Shown here: positions 34,050 through 44,003 of the stretch, piece after piece
How positions within the stretch are numbered: position 1 is the stretch's first letter
How the letters are laid out: every line of letters begins with the position of its first letter
Source of the DNA: an uncultured Planctomycetaceae bacterium
Lineage (GTDB): Bacteria > Planctomycetota > Planctomycetia > Planctomycetales > Planctomycetaceae
NCBI GenBank assembly: GCA_963815195.1
Contig: CAWFGE010000014.1
Location: forward strand, 141,097 to 205,096
Reading direction: 5' to 3'
DNA: 64,000 nt
The notes under the pieces: model-generated
What the model was told of the DNA's origin: nothing
The model's database searches: none
Seen by the model: only the letters and a program-made list of their open reading frames with translations
Made by a program: the position numbers and the translations under genes

Positions 34050-35141
34050 ATGGAATGGAACCAACTTTGTCAAATCCTCAAAGCGCATGGCTGGCATGTG
34101 GATTTGACGATTCAGGCGCCGCCGCTCCCAGAGGAAGCTGGCGTTTCCACGTCGCCTGATGCCGCGAATCTTTGCATCCGGCAACTCACGACGGAAAGCG
34201 AACTCGCCGATTGGCTGGGCCATCGCCCGGAGGAACCCTGCAGCCGGGAATCCGCTCTGGCAATCGCCGTCCAGGCGTATCAATCCCAATCCCTGCCGCC
34301 CAGCGATGCGGATGAAAGATTCATCTCGATCGGCTGCGCCGTTTCCGCTCAAAGCCCTGCGATCTGGATGGCGGCTCAAACGAGCGATGCCACCAGCGTG
34401 TTGGAGTTTCATCAACAACATTCCCAACTCGCCCAGGATTGGCCCGCGCTGGTTTTGGCGGGCTTAGCGAAGATCTGTCCCCTGCCCTTTCCGGTGGCAA
34501 TTCCGAGCGACGCGGTCTTGGCGGCACATCGAACGGCCGCCGCGGAGCCGCTATTGAGACACGTCTGGCAAGGCACGCGGCCCGGGGTTTGGCGGCTCCC
34601 GGACGGCGAGTTATCCGTGGACCTTTCACCATTCCCGCGGGGGCTGCTTTCGGGATCGTTCAATCCGTTGCACCACGGGCACCGCGAATTGCGCGCGGCG
34701 GCGGAAGAGCGGTTGGGCGGACCGGTGTGGTTTGAGATGACCATCACAAATGCCGACAAGCCGCCCTTGGACTTTCTGACGATCGAAGACCGCTCCGCGC
34801 AGTTTGTGGAGAATCCGCTGTGGATCACGAACGCTCCGACTTTTGTCAAAAAGGCGGAACTCGCGCCGCAGACCGTGTTCGTCGTCGGAGCCGACACGGC
34901 CGAGCGGATCGTCGAGCCGAGATTTTATGGAGGCGAACCGGCCATGCAATCCGCGCTCGAACAAATCCGCGAAGCGGGCTGCCGATTTTTGGTCGCAGGC
35001 CGGCTGGCAGGCGACCGGTTCCGGACGCAGGCCCACATTCCCATCCCGGCCGGCTTTGAGGATCTGTTCGATCCGCTGCCCGAAACCCATTTTCGCCGGG
35101 ACATCTCCTCCACCCAGCTTCGCCGCCCGACAGAGGAGTGA
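34050..35141 (+). CDS. HxGH nucleotidyltransferase (NadD/cytidylyltransferase-like) with divergent N-terminal domain
   Basis: 'GSFNPLHHGH', 'NADKPPL', 'FVVGADT', 'DISSTQLR'. Confidence 0.7.
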   Translation: MEWNQLCQILKAHGWHVDLTIQAPPLPEEAGVSTSPDAANLCIRQLTTESELADWLGHRPEEPCSRESALAIAVQAYQSQSLPPSDADERFISIGCAVSAQSPAIWMAAQTSDATSVLEFHQQHSQLAQDWPALVLAGLAKICPLPFPVAIPSDAVLAAHRTAAAEPLLRHVWQGTRPGVWRLPDGELSVDLSPFPRGLLSGSFNPLHHGHRELRAAAEERLGGPVWFEMTITNADKPPLDFLTIEDRSAQFVENPLWITNAPTFVKKAELAPQTVFVVGADTAERIVEPRFYGGEPAMQSALEQIREAGCRFLVAGRLAGDRFRTQAHIPIPAGFEDLFDPLPETHFRRDISSTQLRRPTEE

Positions 35142-35256
35142 ACCACGAAACACGCGAAAAATCACTCGTGGTCCGCGACCTCTGGCCCCTGATTCCCGAA
35201 CGTCTTATGATGCGACCTTCATTCCTTCTGCATTTTCCTACCGGACAACGGCGAAC

Positions 35257-36675
35257 ATGGCGGACGATTGGAATTCCGAAGACCTGACCCACGCCCCGCG
35301 GCCCGCCCGGTTGGGGCTTTGGGACGCGGTGAGCTTGATCGTGGGCATCGTCGTGGGGTCGTCCATTTTCAAGGCCCCCGTGGATGTGTTCGCCAGCCTG
35401 AATTGCGCCTGGGCGGCGTTTGGCATGTGGGGCTTGGGCGGCGTGTTGTCTTTGATCGGGGCGTTCTGCTACGCGGAACTCGCCACGGCCTACCCGCGAT
35501 CCGGCGGCGATTACGTTTACCTCACGCGGGCCTATGGTTCGTTTGTCGGCTTTCTCTTCGGCTGGTCGCATCTGGCGGGCATTTTGACGGGCAGCATCGG
35601 GGCTTTGGCCTTCGTGTTCGCGAGCCATGCGATCGAGTTCTGCGGACTGGGATCGGAGTGGGAGTTCTCGTTCGCCCTGGGTGCCGTGGCCGTGCTTTCG
35701 CTGTTGAATGTGTTCGGCCTCGTCTTGGGAAAAACCGCGCAGAACGTGTTGACGATCCTGAAAATCATCGGCCTCGGCGGCGTGATTGTGTTGGGCATCA
35801 GTTGGGGAATCACGAACGGCGTCGCCTGGGAACCGCCTTCCACCCCCGAGAATTTTTCGCCCGCTTGGGGGCTTTCGCTGATCTTTGTGCTTTATGCCTA
35901 TGGCGGCTGGAACGATGCCTCGTTTGTCGCCGCCGAGGTCAAGGACCGCTCGCGAAATCTTCCCCGAGCGCTCTTCGGCGGCGTGGGGGCGATTACCGCG
36001 GTCTATCTGTTGGTCAACCTGGGGTACTTGATGGGGCTGGGCTTTGACGGCGTGGCCCACGCGAAAACGCCCGCCGCCGATGTCTTCGGGAGATCGTTGG
36101 GCGAAGCCGGTTCGCGGGCAATGCTGGTGTTGGTGATGATCTCGGCCTTGGGCGGCGTGAACGGGTTGATCCTCACGGGTTCGCGGGTCCATGCAAGCCT
36201 GGGGGCCGACCACCGGTTGTTCGCGTGGCTGGGCCGCTGGCATCCGCGCTGGGATGCGCCGATCGCGTCGCTCGTGACGCAGGCGGCCGTTACGTCGGGG
36301 CTGATGACCATCGGCACGCCTTGGGGACAGGACTGTCTGGATCGCTTAAACGGCTGGATCACAACGGAACCGCTCGACTGGTCCCGGTTCGGCGGCGGGT
36401 TCGGGCTGCTCGTCGCCACGACCGCTCCCGTGTTCTGGTTTTTCTTTTTCCTCACCGGAACGGCGGTCATCACGCTCCGCTGGAAAGATCCCGACACCGA
36501 AAGGCCGTTTCGCGTGCCGCTGTTTCCGTACTTGCCGATCGTGTTTTGCGGGATGTGCGTTTACATGTTCTGGTCGAGCATCCAATACGCCGGCACGCTG
36601 GCCTTGGTGCCCGTCGTGCCGCTGGCGGTGGGCATCGCGCTTTACGGAGCCAGTCAGTTTCTAAAGCGCCGCTGA
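35257..36675 (+). CDS. APC-family amino acid permease
   Basis: 'IVGSSIF', 'YAELATAYPRSGGDYVYL', 'YAYGGWN', 'RPFRVP'. Confidence 0.9.
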   Translation: MADDWNSEDLTHAPRPARLGLWDAVSLIVGIVVGSSIFKAPVDVFASLNCAWAAFGMWGLGGVLSLIGAFCYAELATAYPRSGGDYVYLTRAYGSFVGFLFGWSHLAGILTGSIGALAFVFASHAIEFCGLGSEWEFSFALGAVAVLSLLNVFGLVLGKTAQNVLTILKIIGLGGVIVLGISWGITNGVAWEPPSTPENFSPAWGLSLIFVLYAYGGWNDASFVAAEVKDRSRNLPRALFGGVGAITAVYLLVNLGYLMGLGFDGVAHAKTPAADVFGRSLGEAGSRAMLVLVMISALGGVNGLILTGSRVHASLGADHRLFAWLGRWHPRWDAPIASLVTQAAVTSGLMTIGTPWGQDCLDRLNGWITTEPLDWSRFGGGFGLLVATTAPVFWFFFFLTGTAVITLRWKDPDTERPFRVPLFPYLPIVFCGMCVYMFWSSIQYAGTLALVPVVPLAVGIALYGASQFLKRR

Positions 36676-36681
36676 TCGCGA

Positions 36682-38209
36682 CTACGGCTTGTTGTATTCG
36701 CGGGAATCCTTTTCGGAGAGGCTTTCGGGCTCCGGCGGTTTGACGCCCGCGGCACGCATGACGTTTTGAATCGCTGCGATGGTTTCCGCGGAGGGTTTGA
36801 AGTTGCCGGGGCGATGGCCTTGGGCGATTAAGAGCGGCGTCCAGCCGTATTTGTTTTTGCGGTTCCAGAGTTTGATGTCGGCTCCGTTTTCGGCGAGAAA
36901 CGCCACCATTTCGGGCAGGCTTTTATACGCGGCCCCGTGCATGGCCGTCTCCCCGTTTTTATCGACGGTGTTGACGTCGCCCTTATGCTTCAAAATGAAT
37001 TTCGCCGCTTCCAAAGCCTCGGCTTCGGTGCCGGCTTCTTCGCCGGGCGCGAGTGTTGCCCAAGCCGGCGGCGGCCATCAAAGGCGTTACGCCGTCCGTG
37101 TTCGGAAGCAGCGGGTCCGCGCCGAGTTCGACCAGCAGTTTCATCAAAGGCACATCCGCCGTGTCCGCGGCCATCAAAAACGGCGTCGCCCCGCGCTGGT
37201 TGATCCGCCCGCGTCCCGAACGGCCCCGCTTCAGCCGCGCGTTCACGTCGGCTCCATATTTCACGAGTTCGCGAACGAGATCCAGACTCGTTCGTCTGCC
37301 TGAACCGATCGGCGGCGGGTCGCCGTCTTCGCCGTCGCCGCGGTTGGGCTTTCTGACCCAGGTCAACGTATGCAACGGCGTGTAGCCCGATCTTTGATCG
37401 TTGGGGTCGGCCCCGGCTTTCAAAAGTTCCACCGCCAGATCGAAATGCCCATTCTCCACGGCGAGGATCAAGGCACTCGTGCCGGAGTTCACACCCTTGG
37501 CGATGTGTCTTTCGGGCTGCATCGCGGCTGTGACATCCGCCCCGGCTTTGATCAAGGCTTGCACCGTTTCAATATGCCCCGCGCGGACAGCGAACAACAA
37601 CGGCGTAAAGCCCGAAGAGAGCGGCGTCTGGAAATCCGCCCCGGCTGCGATCAAAACTTTGACGACCTCCGTGTGTCCCTCGGCCGCGGCCCACATGATC
37701 GCCGATTGCCCGCGGCGTTCCTTCGCATCGACTTTGGCCCCATGTTTTAAGATCGCCTGAACCGGCCCGAGCTTTCCGGTGCGGGCGGCGGTCATCAGCA
37801 CCGTTTCCCCGCCGGGCAGTTCGGTGTTGGCGTCGGCCCCGGCTCCCAAGAGCAATTCCACGATCTCGCCGCTCCCGTTGGTGCACGCGAGGGAAAGCGG
37901 CGTCACGTGGTAGCGGTTCTCCGCTTTGACGTTCGCTCCGGCTTTCACCAACTGCTTGGTAGTTTCGAGATCATCGTAATACACCGCCCAATGCAGAGCC
38001 GTCATCCCGTCCACTTGCGGAGCGTTGACGTTGATGTCTTGCTCCAACAGGGCTTTTAGCGATGCGTGGTCCTGCCGCTCCGCAGCGTCCGCGAGTTTGG
38101 CATTTTCATCAGCGAAGGCTGGGAACGTCATCAGCATGAACAGTAAACACAGGCGAGCGGGGGGCGTAAGCCCCCTGGTTACTCGCGAGTCCTTATAGAG
38201 CTTGCACAT
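36682..38209 (-). CDS. Secreted ankyrin-repeat protein, frameshift near 37055; start uncertain
   Basis: Many 'GxTxLxxA..G..V..LL..GAD.N' repeats in ORFs 36983..38290 and 36682..37014. Confidence 0.85.
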
Positions 38210-38284
38210 GGTCAACGTTTTCCGAATCAATGACGCTCCTCCCGGATTCAATATAACCAGGGGGCTGACGCCCCCCGCTCGCCT
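38151..38284. repeat. Inverted REP pair, about 30 bp each
   Basis: aggcgagcggggggcgtaagccccctggtta and taaccagggggctgacgccccccgctcgcct, one mismatch. Confidence 0.8.
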
Positions 38285-38286
38285 TT

Positions 38287-39636
38287 TCACACGGACAACG
38301 GTTCAAACAAATCGTCAATCTGGCCGTTGCTGTCGGCGAAGGATTCCAACCGCACGCCGACTTTGTCCAAGAGCGTCAGATGCAAATTCGCGAGCGGCGT
38401 GAGTTCTTTAAATTGAATGTGCCGGCCGCCTCGCATCTTTCCCGCGGCGCCGCCCGCGACGAGGATCGGCAGGTTGCGGTGATCGTGCACGTTGGGATTG
38501 CCCATCCCGCTGCCGTAGAGATACAGGCAATGATCCAAGAGCGTCCCGTCCGCTTCCGGCGTGGCTTTGAGCTTCGCCAAAAACTCCGCGAACAGCGACA
38601 CGTGGAAGCGGTTGATCTTGGCGACCTTGGCGATCTTCGCGGGGTCGTTGCCGTGGTGGGTCAGCGGATGATGCGGGTCCGGCACGCCGATTTCGGGATA
38701 CGTGCGGTTGCTCGTTTCCCGCGCGAGCTGGAACGTAATCACCCGCGTCACATCGCCTTGAAATGCCAAGAGTTGGAGGTCGAACATCAGCCGGGCATGG
38801 TCGGCATACGCGGCGGGCACGCCCAGCGGCCGGTCCAAATCGGGCAGCGGGTTGTCCTTCGCATCGGCCTCCGCTTTTTGAATCCGCCGCTCCACTTCGC
38901 GAACCGTATCCAGATACTGCCGAAGTTTGTTGCGATCGCTCGGCCCGACTTGTTTTTGCAGGCGGTTGATCTCCTCGGTCACGGAGTCCAACAAACTCGC
39001 CCGCTGCTTGAGGGCCGCCCGCCGCTCGGCTGCGTTTCCGCCTTCGCCGAAGAGATGCTCGAATACAATCCGCGGGTGAGCCTCCGCGGGCAAAGGCGTT
39101 GTCGGCGAGGACCAGGAGAGATTGTTCTGATACACGCAGGCATAGCCGTTGTCGCATTGACCCACTGTCTCAAGCAGATCCATCGCAAGTTCCAGCGAAG
39201 GCAGTTGCGTCTCCTGCCCGATCTGCCGGGCCGCGATCTGATCGACCGTCGTTCCCAAGTGGTAATCGCTGCTCTCGGTAGGCTTGGATTTCGCGCAGCT
39301 TAAAAAGGAGGCATTCGACGTGGCATGCGTGCCGGGGTAGGCGTTTTTCACTTCGAGATTGGAAATCGCGGTGACGTGATCTTTCACCGGAGCCAACGGC
39401 TCCAGCGTAGGCGAGAGCTTGCTGAGATCATCCCCCGGCAATCGCCAGCGGGTGATGTCGCAGCCCATCGGCATGTAAACGTAGCCCAATCGCCTCAGCC
39501 GAGCCGGGTTCGCGGGCGTCTCAGCCGCAACGGTCAGCGAAGGAACCATCGCATCCAACAACGGCAGCGCGAGCGTGGTCCCCACGCCTTTCAAAAACGT
39601 CCGCCGCGGCAAGGCTTTTTTTGTAATAAACATCAT
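38287..39636 (-). CDS. DUF1552-domain protein (Tat-like signal)
   Basis: 'LPRRTFLKGVG..LALPLLDAM', 'PSLELA', 'LDHCLYLYGSGMG..H..NLP'. Confidence 0.9.
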   Translation of the reverse strand: MMFITKKALPRRTFLKGVGTTLALPLLDAMVPSLTVAAETPANPARLRRLGYVYMPMGCDITRWRLPGDDLSKLSPTLEPLAPVKDHVTAISNLEVKNAYPGTHATSNASFLSCAKSKPTESSDYHLGTTVDQIAARQIGQETQLPSLELAMDLLETVGQCDNGYACVYQNNLSWSSPTTPLPAEAHPRIVFEHLFGEGGNAAERRAALKQRASLLDSVTEEINRLQKQVGPSDRNKLRQYLDTVREVERRIQKAEADAKDNPLPDLDRPLGVPAAYADHARLMFDLQLLAFQGDVTRVITFQLARETSNRTYPEIGVPDPHHPLTHHGNDPAKIAKVAKINRFHVSLFAEFLAKLKATPEADGTLLDHCLYLYGSGMGNPNVHDHRNLPILVAGGAAGKMRGGRHIQFKELTPLANLHLTLLDKVGVRLESFADSNGQIDDLFEPLSV

Positions 39637-41978
39637 TCGGCCTTTCTCATTTGAAACGGCACGCTGCGAGTGATCCCTAAAATCAAAGCCGAAAACCGGT
39701 CATCATCGGCGTTGGCGTCTGAAACGATTTTCCGAATCGCCGGGGCATCGAATTCTTCCACGCCCCGGCCTAACGCATAGGTCAACAGTTTTTCGGTAAG
39801 CGTCGTCACAAACAGTTCGGGGCGGTCGAGCAAGGCTTTTTCCAAGCCGGCGACGCCTTCAAACTCGCTGCCGTCGGGCAGACCGCCGGTCGCATCGATC
39901 GGTTGGTCGGCTTCGATGTCCCGCCAGCGGCCGACGGCGTCGAAGTTTTCCAAGGCAAGTCCGACGGGGTCCATCAGGTCATGGCAGCGGGCACACGTCG
40001 CGTTGGCCCGATGCTCGGCCAGACGCTCGCGGACGGTGAGATTCGCAGCCACGGTATTGTCTTTGAGAGCCGGCACATTCGCCGGCGGCGGAGGCGGCGG
40101 CGTGCCCAGAATGTTCTTGAGCACCCAATGCCCGCGAAGCACCGGCGACGTCCGCGTCGCATACGATGTCACCGTCAAAATGCTCCCTTGCCGAAGCAAC
40201 CCGCCCCGCTTGCTGCCTGAGTCCAACTTCACCCGGCGAAAGCGGCTGCCGTAAATGTGCGGGATGCCGTAGTGCTTCGCGAGGCGTTCGTTGAGGAACG
40301 TCTCATCCGCCCGCAGCAAATCCAACACGCTCCGGTCCTCCCGGAGAATGCTTTCGAAGAACAACTCCGTCTCCCGCCGCAACGACCGCCGGAGGTTGTC
40401 GTCGAAATCGGGAAACATCCGCAAATCCGGCGTGAAGGAATCCAGGTTCCGCAGGTACAGCCACTGGTCGGCAAAGTTCTCGACCAGGCTTTGCGAGCGG
40501 CCGTCTTTCAATATCCGCCGAACCTGTTGTTCCAGAATCTTCGGTTGATGCAGTTTGCCTGCCTCGGCCAGATCGAGCAGTTCATCATCGGGATTGCTGC
40601 TCCACAAAAAGAACGACAACCGCGACGCCAATTCGATGTCGCTGATGCGGTACGCCGTGCCCGGCCGAGCATCCGCGGGATCGCGCTCCACGCGGAACAG
40701 GAAATGCGGATTCACCAGGATCGCGCTCAAGGCCGATTCAATCCCCGCCTCGAAATCCTTCTCCGATCGTGCTTGCCGATAGAACTCCAACGGTTTTAAG
40801 AGATCAAGTTCGGACACCGGCCTGCGATAGGCCCGGCGGGTGAGGTTGGCGAGAATGCGTTTCGCGGAGGCTTCTTCGTCTTCAGAAGTTTCCGGGCGGG
40901 TGATGAAAATTCGCCGGCGGCTGGGCGTATCGCCGGGGCCTTTGGTGGAAAACGGGCCGGTGATCGACACCTGATACACCGCCGGCGACAACCGCGGATG
41001 CCGGTGCATGTTGAAGTGGGCTTCAAACGATTGGCGTTTGGTTTCGAGCAGCGACGTGGGCTTCTTCAAAAAGGTGACGCCGAGCTTGTGCGGACCGGCG
41101 GTTGCCTCAAAGCGGGTTTTCAAATGCCGATCCACTTGGGAATGATCCGCCCCGCGCGGCGGTTTGACGGGGAAGGATTTGACGAGCTTCCGGTCCAACA
41201 GCACTTCCATCTCGTGCGGTTCTTTGAGGCCTTCGACTTCTTCGTTGCGGTCGCGGGTCAGGCGGACCTGGATTTCGTATTCGCCGGTTTGCGGGAAGTT
41301 GTGGGAGACGACCGCGCCGCCCCGCGTGCCCGCAGGCAGCCCGGGGACATGTTTTTCCTGCGTGAGATCGGGCCGGAGGCGAACCGTTTTGCCCTCCGGC
41401 GAACCGCTGCCGCCGCCGACTGCGAGCCGGCTGATTTTCTGGGCGGCCGAGATGTAGCGGTTCAACAGCGTGGGCGAAAGATTGCCGACGGTGATGTTAT
41501 CAAATCCCTGGCTGGATTCCTCGGCCGGCAACAGCGTCTTGGCATCGATCTCCAAGTCCAATAAATCCCGGATCGCGTTTTGGTACTCCGTCCGCGTCAG
41601 GCGACGAAATGTTTGCGTCCGGCCCGGCTGCGGCTGCTTTTCGTAAGCCGCGTCGAGCGGAGCAACGATCGACGACACCGCGGCCTGATATTCCTCTTCC
41701 GAAGGCTTCGGCATCTCGCGGGGCGGCATCTGGCGGGTCTTTAATCGCCGGACCACTTTCTCCCAGACCGCGGCATGCTTTTCGAGCGGCTGTTGGCTCA
41801 AGGATTGCAAATCCAATCCCGCCGTTTTCGCGTTCGCGTTATGGCAATCCGTGCAATGTTTGCTGATAAACTCGCGGGGAACGTCCGCCCGGCAAGGCGA
41901 ATGGATCGCCGCGAAGAATAAGCAGAGCCATAGCAGCTGGCGAAAGGACATAAAGAGCAACTGTCCGTGCAAAGGCAA
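39633..41978 (-). CDS. Planctomycete cytochrome c / DUF1587-DUF1595-DUF1592-DUF1588-DUF1585 protein
   Basis: Two CxxCH (CTDCH, CARCH); 'RRLTRTEYQNAIRDLL', 'ELASRLSFFLWSS', 'RTSPVLRG'. Confidence 0.9.
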   Translation of the reverse strand: MPLHGQLLFMSFRQLLWLCLFFAAIHSPCRADVPREFISKHCTDCHNANAKTAGLDLQSLSQQPLEKHAAVWEKVVRRLKTRQMPPREMPKPSEEEYQAAVSSIVAPLDAAYEKQPQPGRTQTFRRLTRTEYQNAIRDLLDLEIDAKTLLPAEESSQGFDNITVGNLSPTLLNRYISAAQKISRLAVGGGSGSPEGKTVRLRPDLTQEKHVPGLPAGTRGGAVVSHNFPQTGEYEIQVRLTRDRNEEVEGLKEPHEMEVLLDRKLVKSFPVKPPRGADHSQVDRHLKTRFEATAGPHKLGVTFLKKPTSLLETKRQSFEAHFNMHRHPRLSPAVYQVSITGPFSTKGPGDTPSRRRIFITRPETSEDEEASAKRILANLTRRAYRRPVSELDLLKPLEFYRQARSEKDFEAGIESALSAILVNPHFLFRVERDPADARPGTAYRISDIELASRLSFFLWSSNPDDELLDLAEAGKLHQPKILEQQVRRILKDGRSQSLVENFADQWLYLRNLDSFTPDLRMFPDFDDNLRRSLRRETELFFESILREDRSVLDLLRADETFLNERLAKHYGIPHIYGSRFRRVKLDSGSKRGGLLRQGSILTVTSYATRTSPVLRGHWVLKNILGTPPPPPPANVPALKDNTVAANLTVRERLAEHRANATCARCHDLMDPVGLALENFDAVGRWRDIEADQPIDATGGLPDGSEFEGVAGLEKALLDRPELFVTTLTEKLLTYALGRGVEEFDAPAIRKIVSDANADDDRFSALILGITRSVPFQMRKAE

Positions 41979-42124
41979 AAATCGACGGTTGATTGAATTT
42001 TGCTGCGGGAGATTTCAGTATAGACGCAATTCCCCGAACCTCCAAGTTACGTGTGACCCATGTCCCGCGTCGGCAGTCCCTGGCTGCGGATTCTCTCGTC
42101 CAGCTTTTTTCGAAAGTTCGCACC

Positions 42125-43039
42125 ATGAAAACCACCCGTTTGCGTTATGTCGCGGCCCTCCTGCTCGTGACCAGCGTCGCTTTGGGGCAGGAGCGCCAAA
42201 ACCCGCGGCAGGCGCGGAACGTCAAAATCACCCGCGACGTGGAATACGGAAAAGCGGGCGAACGTAGTTTGAAGCTGGACATCTACCAGCCCGAAAAACC
42301 CGCCGGCGACAAGCTGCCCGTCATCGTCTGGATTCACGGCGGCGGCTGGCGGGGGGGCGACAAGTCCAGCGGCTCGCGGCTCGTGGGCCTCGTGAACACC
42401 GGCGAGTACGTCGGCGTGTCGGTGGGGTATCGGCTCAGCGGGGAAGCGACCTGGCCCGCGCAGGTTCACGACTGCAAAGCCGCCCTCCGCTGGGTTCGCG
42501 CCCATGCCAAGGAGTACGGCATCGAACCCGACCGCATCGGTCTCTGGGGCAGTTCCGCCGGCGGGCATCTGGTGAGCCTGTTGGGAACGTCGAGCGACAT
42601 CAAAGATCTGGAAGGCGAGAACGGCACGCCCGGCGTTTCCACGCGCGTGACCTGCGTCGTCGATTATTGCGGACCGTCGCTGCTCAACGTGTTTAAGCAT
42701 CCCGCGGTGATCGCCCTGTTCGGGTCCGAGGAGAATCACAAAGCCGAATCGAAAGCCGCGTCTCCCGCGGCCTATGTCACCAAGGACGACCCGGCGTTCC
42801 TCATCGTGCACGGCACCCAGGACAAAACCGTACCCATCTCCCAAGCCGAGCTGTTTTATGAAAAGCTGAAAGACGCGGGCGTCGATGTGACCTTCATCAA
42901 AATGGAAGGCGGCGGGCACGGCATCGGCGGTGCGGAGATTTCCCAGCGCGTGGCCCTTTTCTTCGACAAACACCTCCGCGGCAAAGAGGTACAAGTCTCG
43001 GATGAACCGATCGCCGTGAAATCGCCAACCGCAGAATAA
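42125..43039 (+). CDS. Secreted alpha/beta hydrolase (esterase/lipase)
   Basis: Signal peptide, 'IHGGGW', 'GSSAGG', 'HGTQD', 'GGHG'. Confidence 0.9.
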   Translation: MKTTRLRYVAALLLVTSVALGQERQNPRQARNVKITRDVEYGKAGERSLKLDIYQPEKPAGDKLPVIVWIHGGGWRGGDKSSGSRLVGLVNTGEYVGVSVGYRLSGEATWPAQVHDCKAALRWVRAHAKEYGIEPDRIGLWGSSAGGHLVSLLGTSSDIKDLEGENGTPGVSTRVTCVVDYCGPSLLNVFKHPAVIALFGSEENHKAESKAASPAAYVTKDDPAFLIVHGTQDKTVPISQAELFYEKLKDAGVDVTFIKMEGGGHGIGGAEISQRVALFFDKHLRGKEVQVSDEPIAVKSPTAE

Positions 43040-43051
43040 TCGAAGTTCCCG

Positions 43052-43846
43052 TTGGCCGTTTGGAAAACAATTGTGTCAAACACGATCACCTGCCACGACC
43101 GCGCGTGTCTGACCTTTCCGGTGGAGTGCATCCGCTGCGGGGTTGTGCCGGAAACCATTCTGACGGTGGAGGCCACCCGTCGCTGGGATTTGCTGATCTT
43201 CGAACACGACGTCACCCATGAAATCACCGTGCCCATGTGCCGTCGGTGTTGGGCGATTCGGAAGTTCGCGGGATTTGTCCTCGGGCTCGTCATCTTGGCC
43301 GGCGGATTGGGTTTCGGCATGTATTTGCTTGCCAACGCGCCCCAACAGGCCCGCCTGCCGTGGGTCGCGGGATTTATGATCTGGTTTGCCGCAATTGTTT
43401 GGTACATCCGCAACCGGCATTCCCGGTGGATGGACCGCTTGTTTGCGGGGGTGTCGGCAGGGCCTTTGCGGAAAGACGGCACGTTTTCGCTTTGGCTGCG
43501 CCGCCGTCCGCTTGTGGATCAAATCGGGTACCAAGACGAACCGAGGAAATACATCGCGGCTGCCGGCTACGCCACACACGAAGAACGCGACTTAAAGCGG
43601 TTGGCCAGTTGGTGGGGCAAATGCTTCCTGGGAGGATTCTTTATGCTGGCCGGTTGGTTTGTCTGGTGGGATTTGTCGTTGCTCGAAGCCGGTCGTCGGC
43701 CAAAAGTTTTTTTGCCCAGCGGATTCACGCTCCTCTACGACCTGTTCGGCAAATGGCCGCCGAGCCTGATTTTTGGAATCCCCGGCATCCTGCTCGTGGG
43801 TTGGGGAGTCTGGCAATTCCTCAACGAAAAACGATTTGGCGTTTAG
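43052..43846 (+). CDS. Hypothetical membrane protein with N-terminal CxxC...CxxC
   Basis: CIRC and CRRC then about 4 TM segments; fills the gap between genes. Confidence 0.55.
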   Translation: MAVWKTIVSNTITCHDRACLTFPVECIRCGVVPETILTVEATRRWDLLIFEHDVTHEITVPMCRRCWAIRKFAGFVLGLVILAGGLGFGMYLLANAPQQARLPWVAGFMIWFAAIVWYIRNRHSRWMDRLFAGVSAGPLRKDGTFSLWLRRRPLVDQIGYQDEPRKYIAAAGYATHEERDLKRLASWWGKCFLGGFFMLAGWFVWWDLSLLEAGRRPKVFLPSGFTLLYDLFGKWPPSLIFGIPGILLVGWGVWQFLNEKRFGV

Positions 43847-44003
43847 CCGCCGCGGGTGCAAAACTCGGATCCTAACGCCCCGGCGATACGCTCTTGCGGG
43901 AGGGACGCCGAAATCGGGAACGCTTTTCAGGGGGCCTTTGTGAAACTACATTAGGCGCCAGTGGCAGAAACCGGAAACTCATTTCACACATTGGCAAGCG
44001 AAT

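Noticed and set aside
43847..44003. T-box or attenuator upstream of pheT
   Set aside because: No T-box consensus, Phe-rich leader peptide or terminator recognisable.
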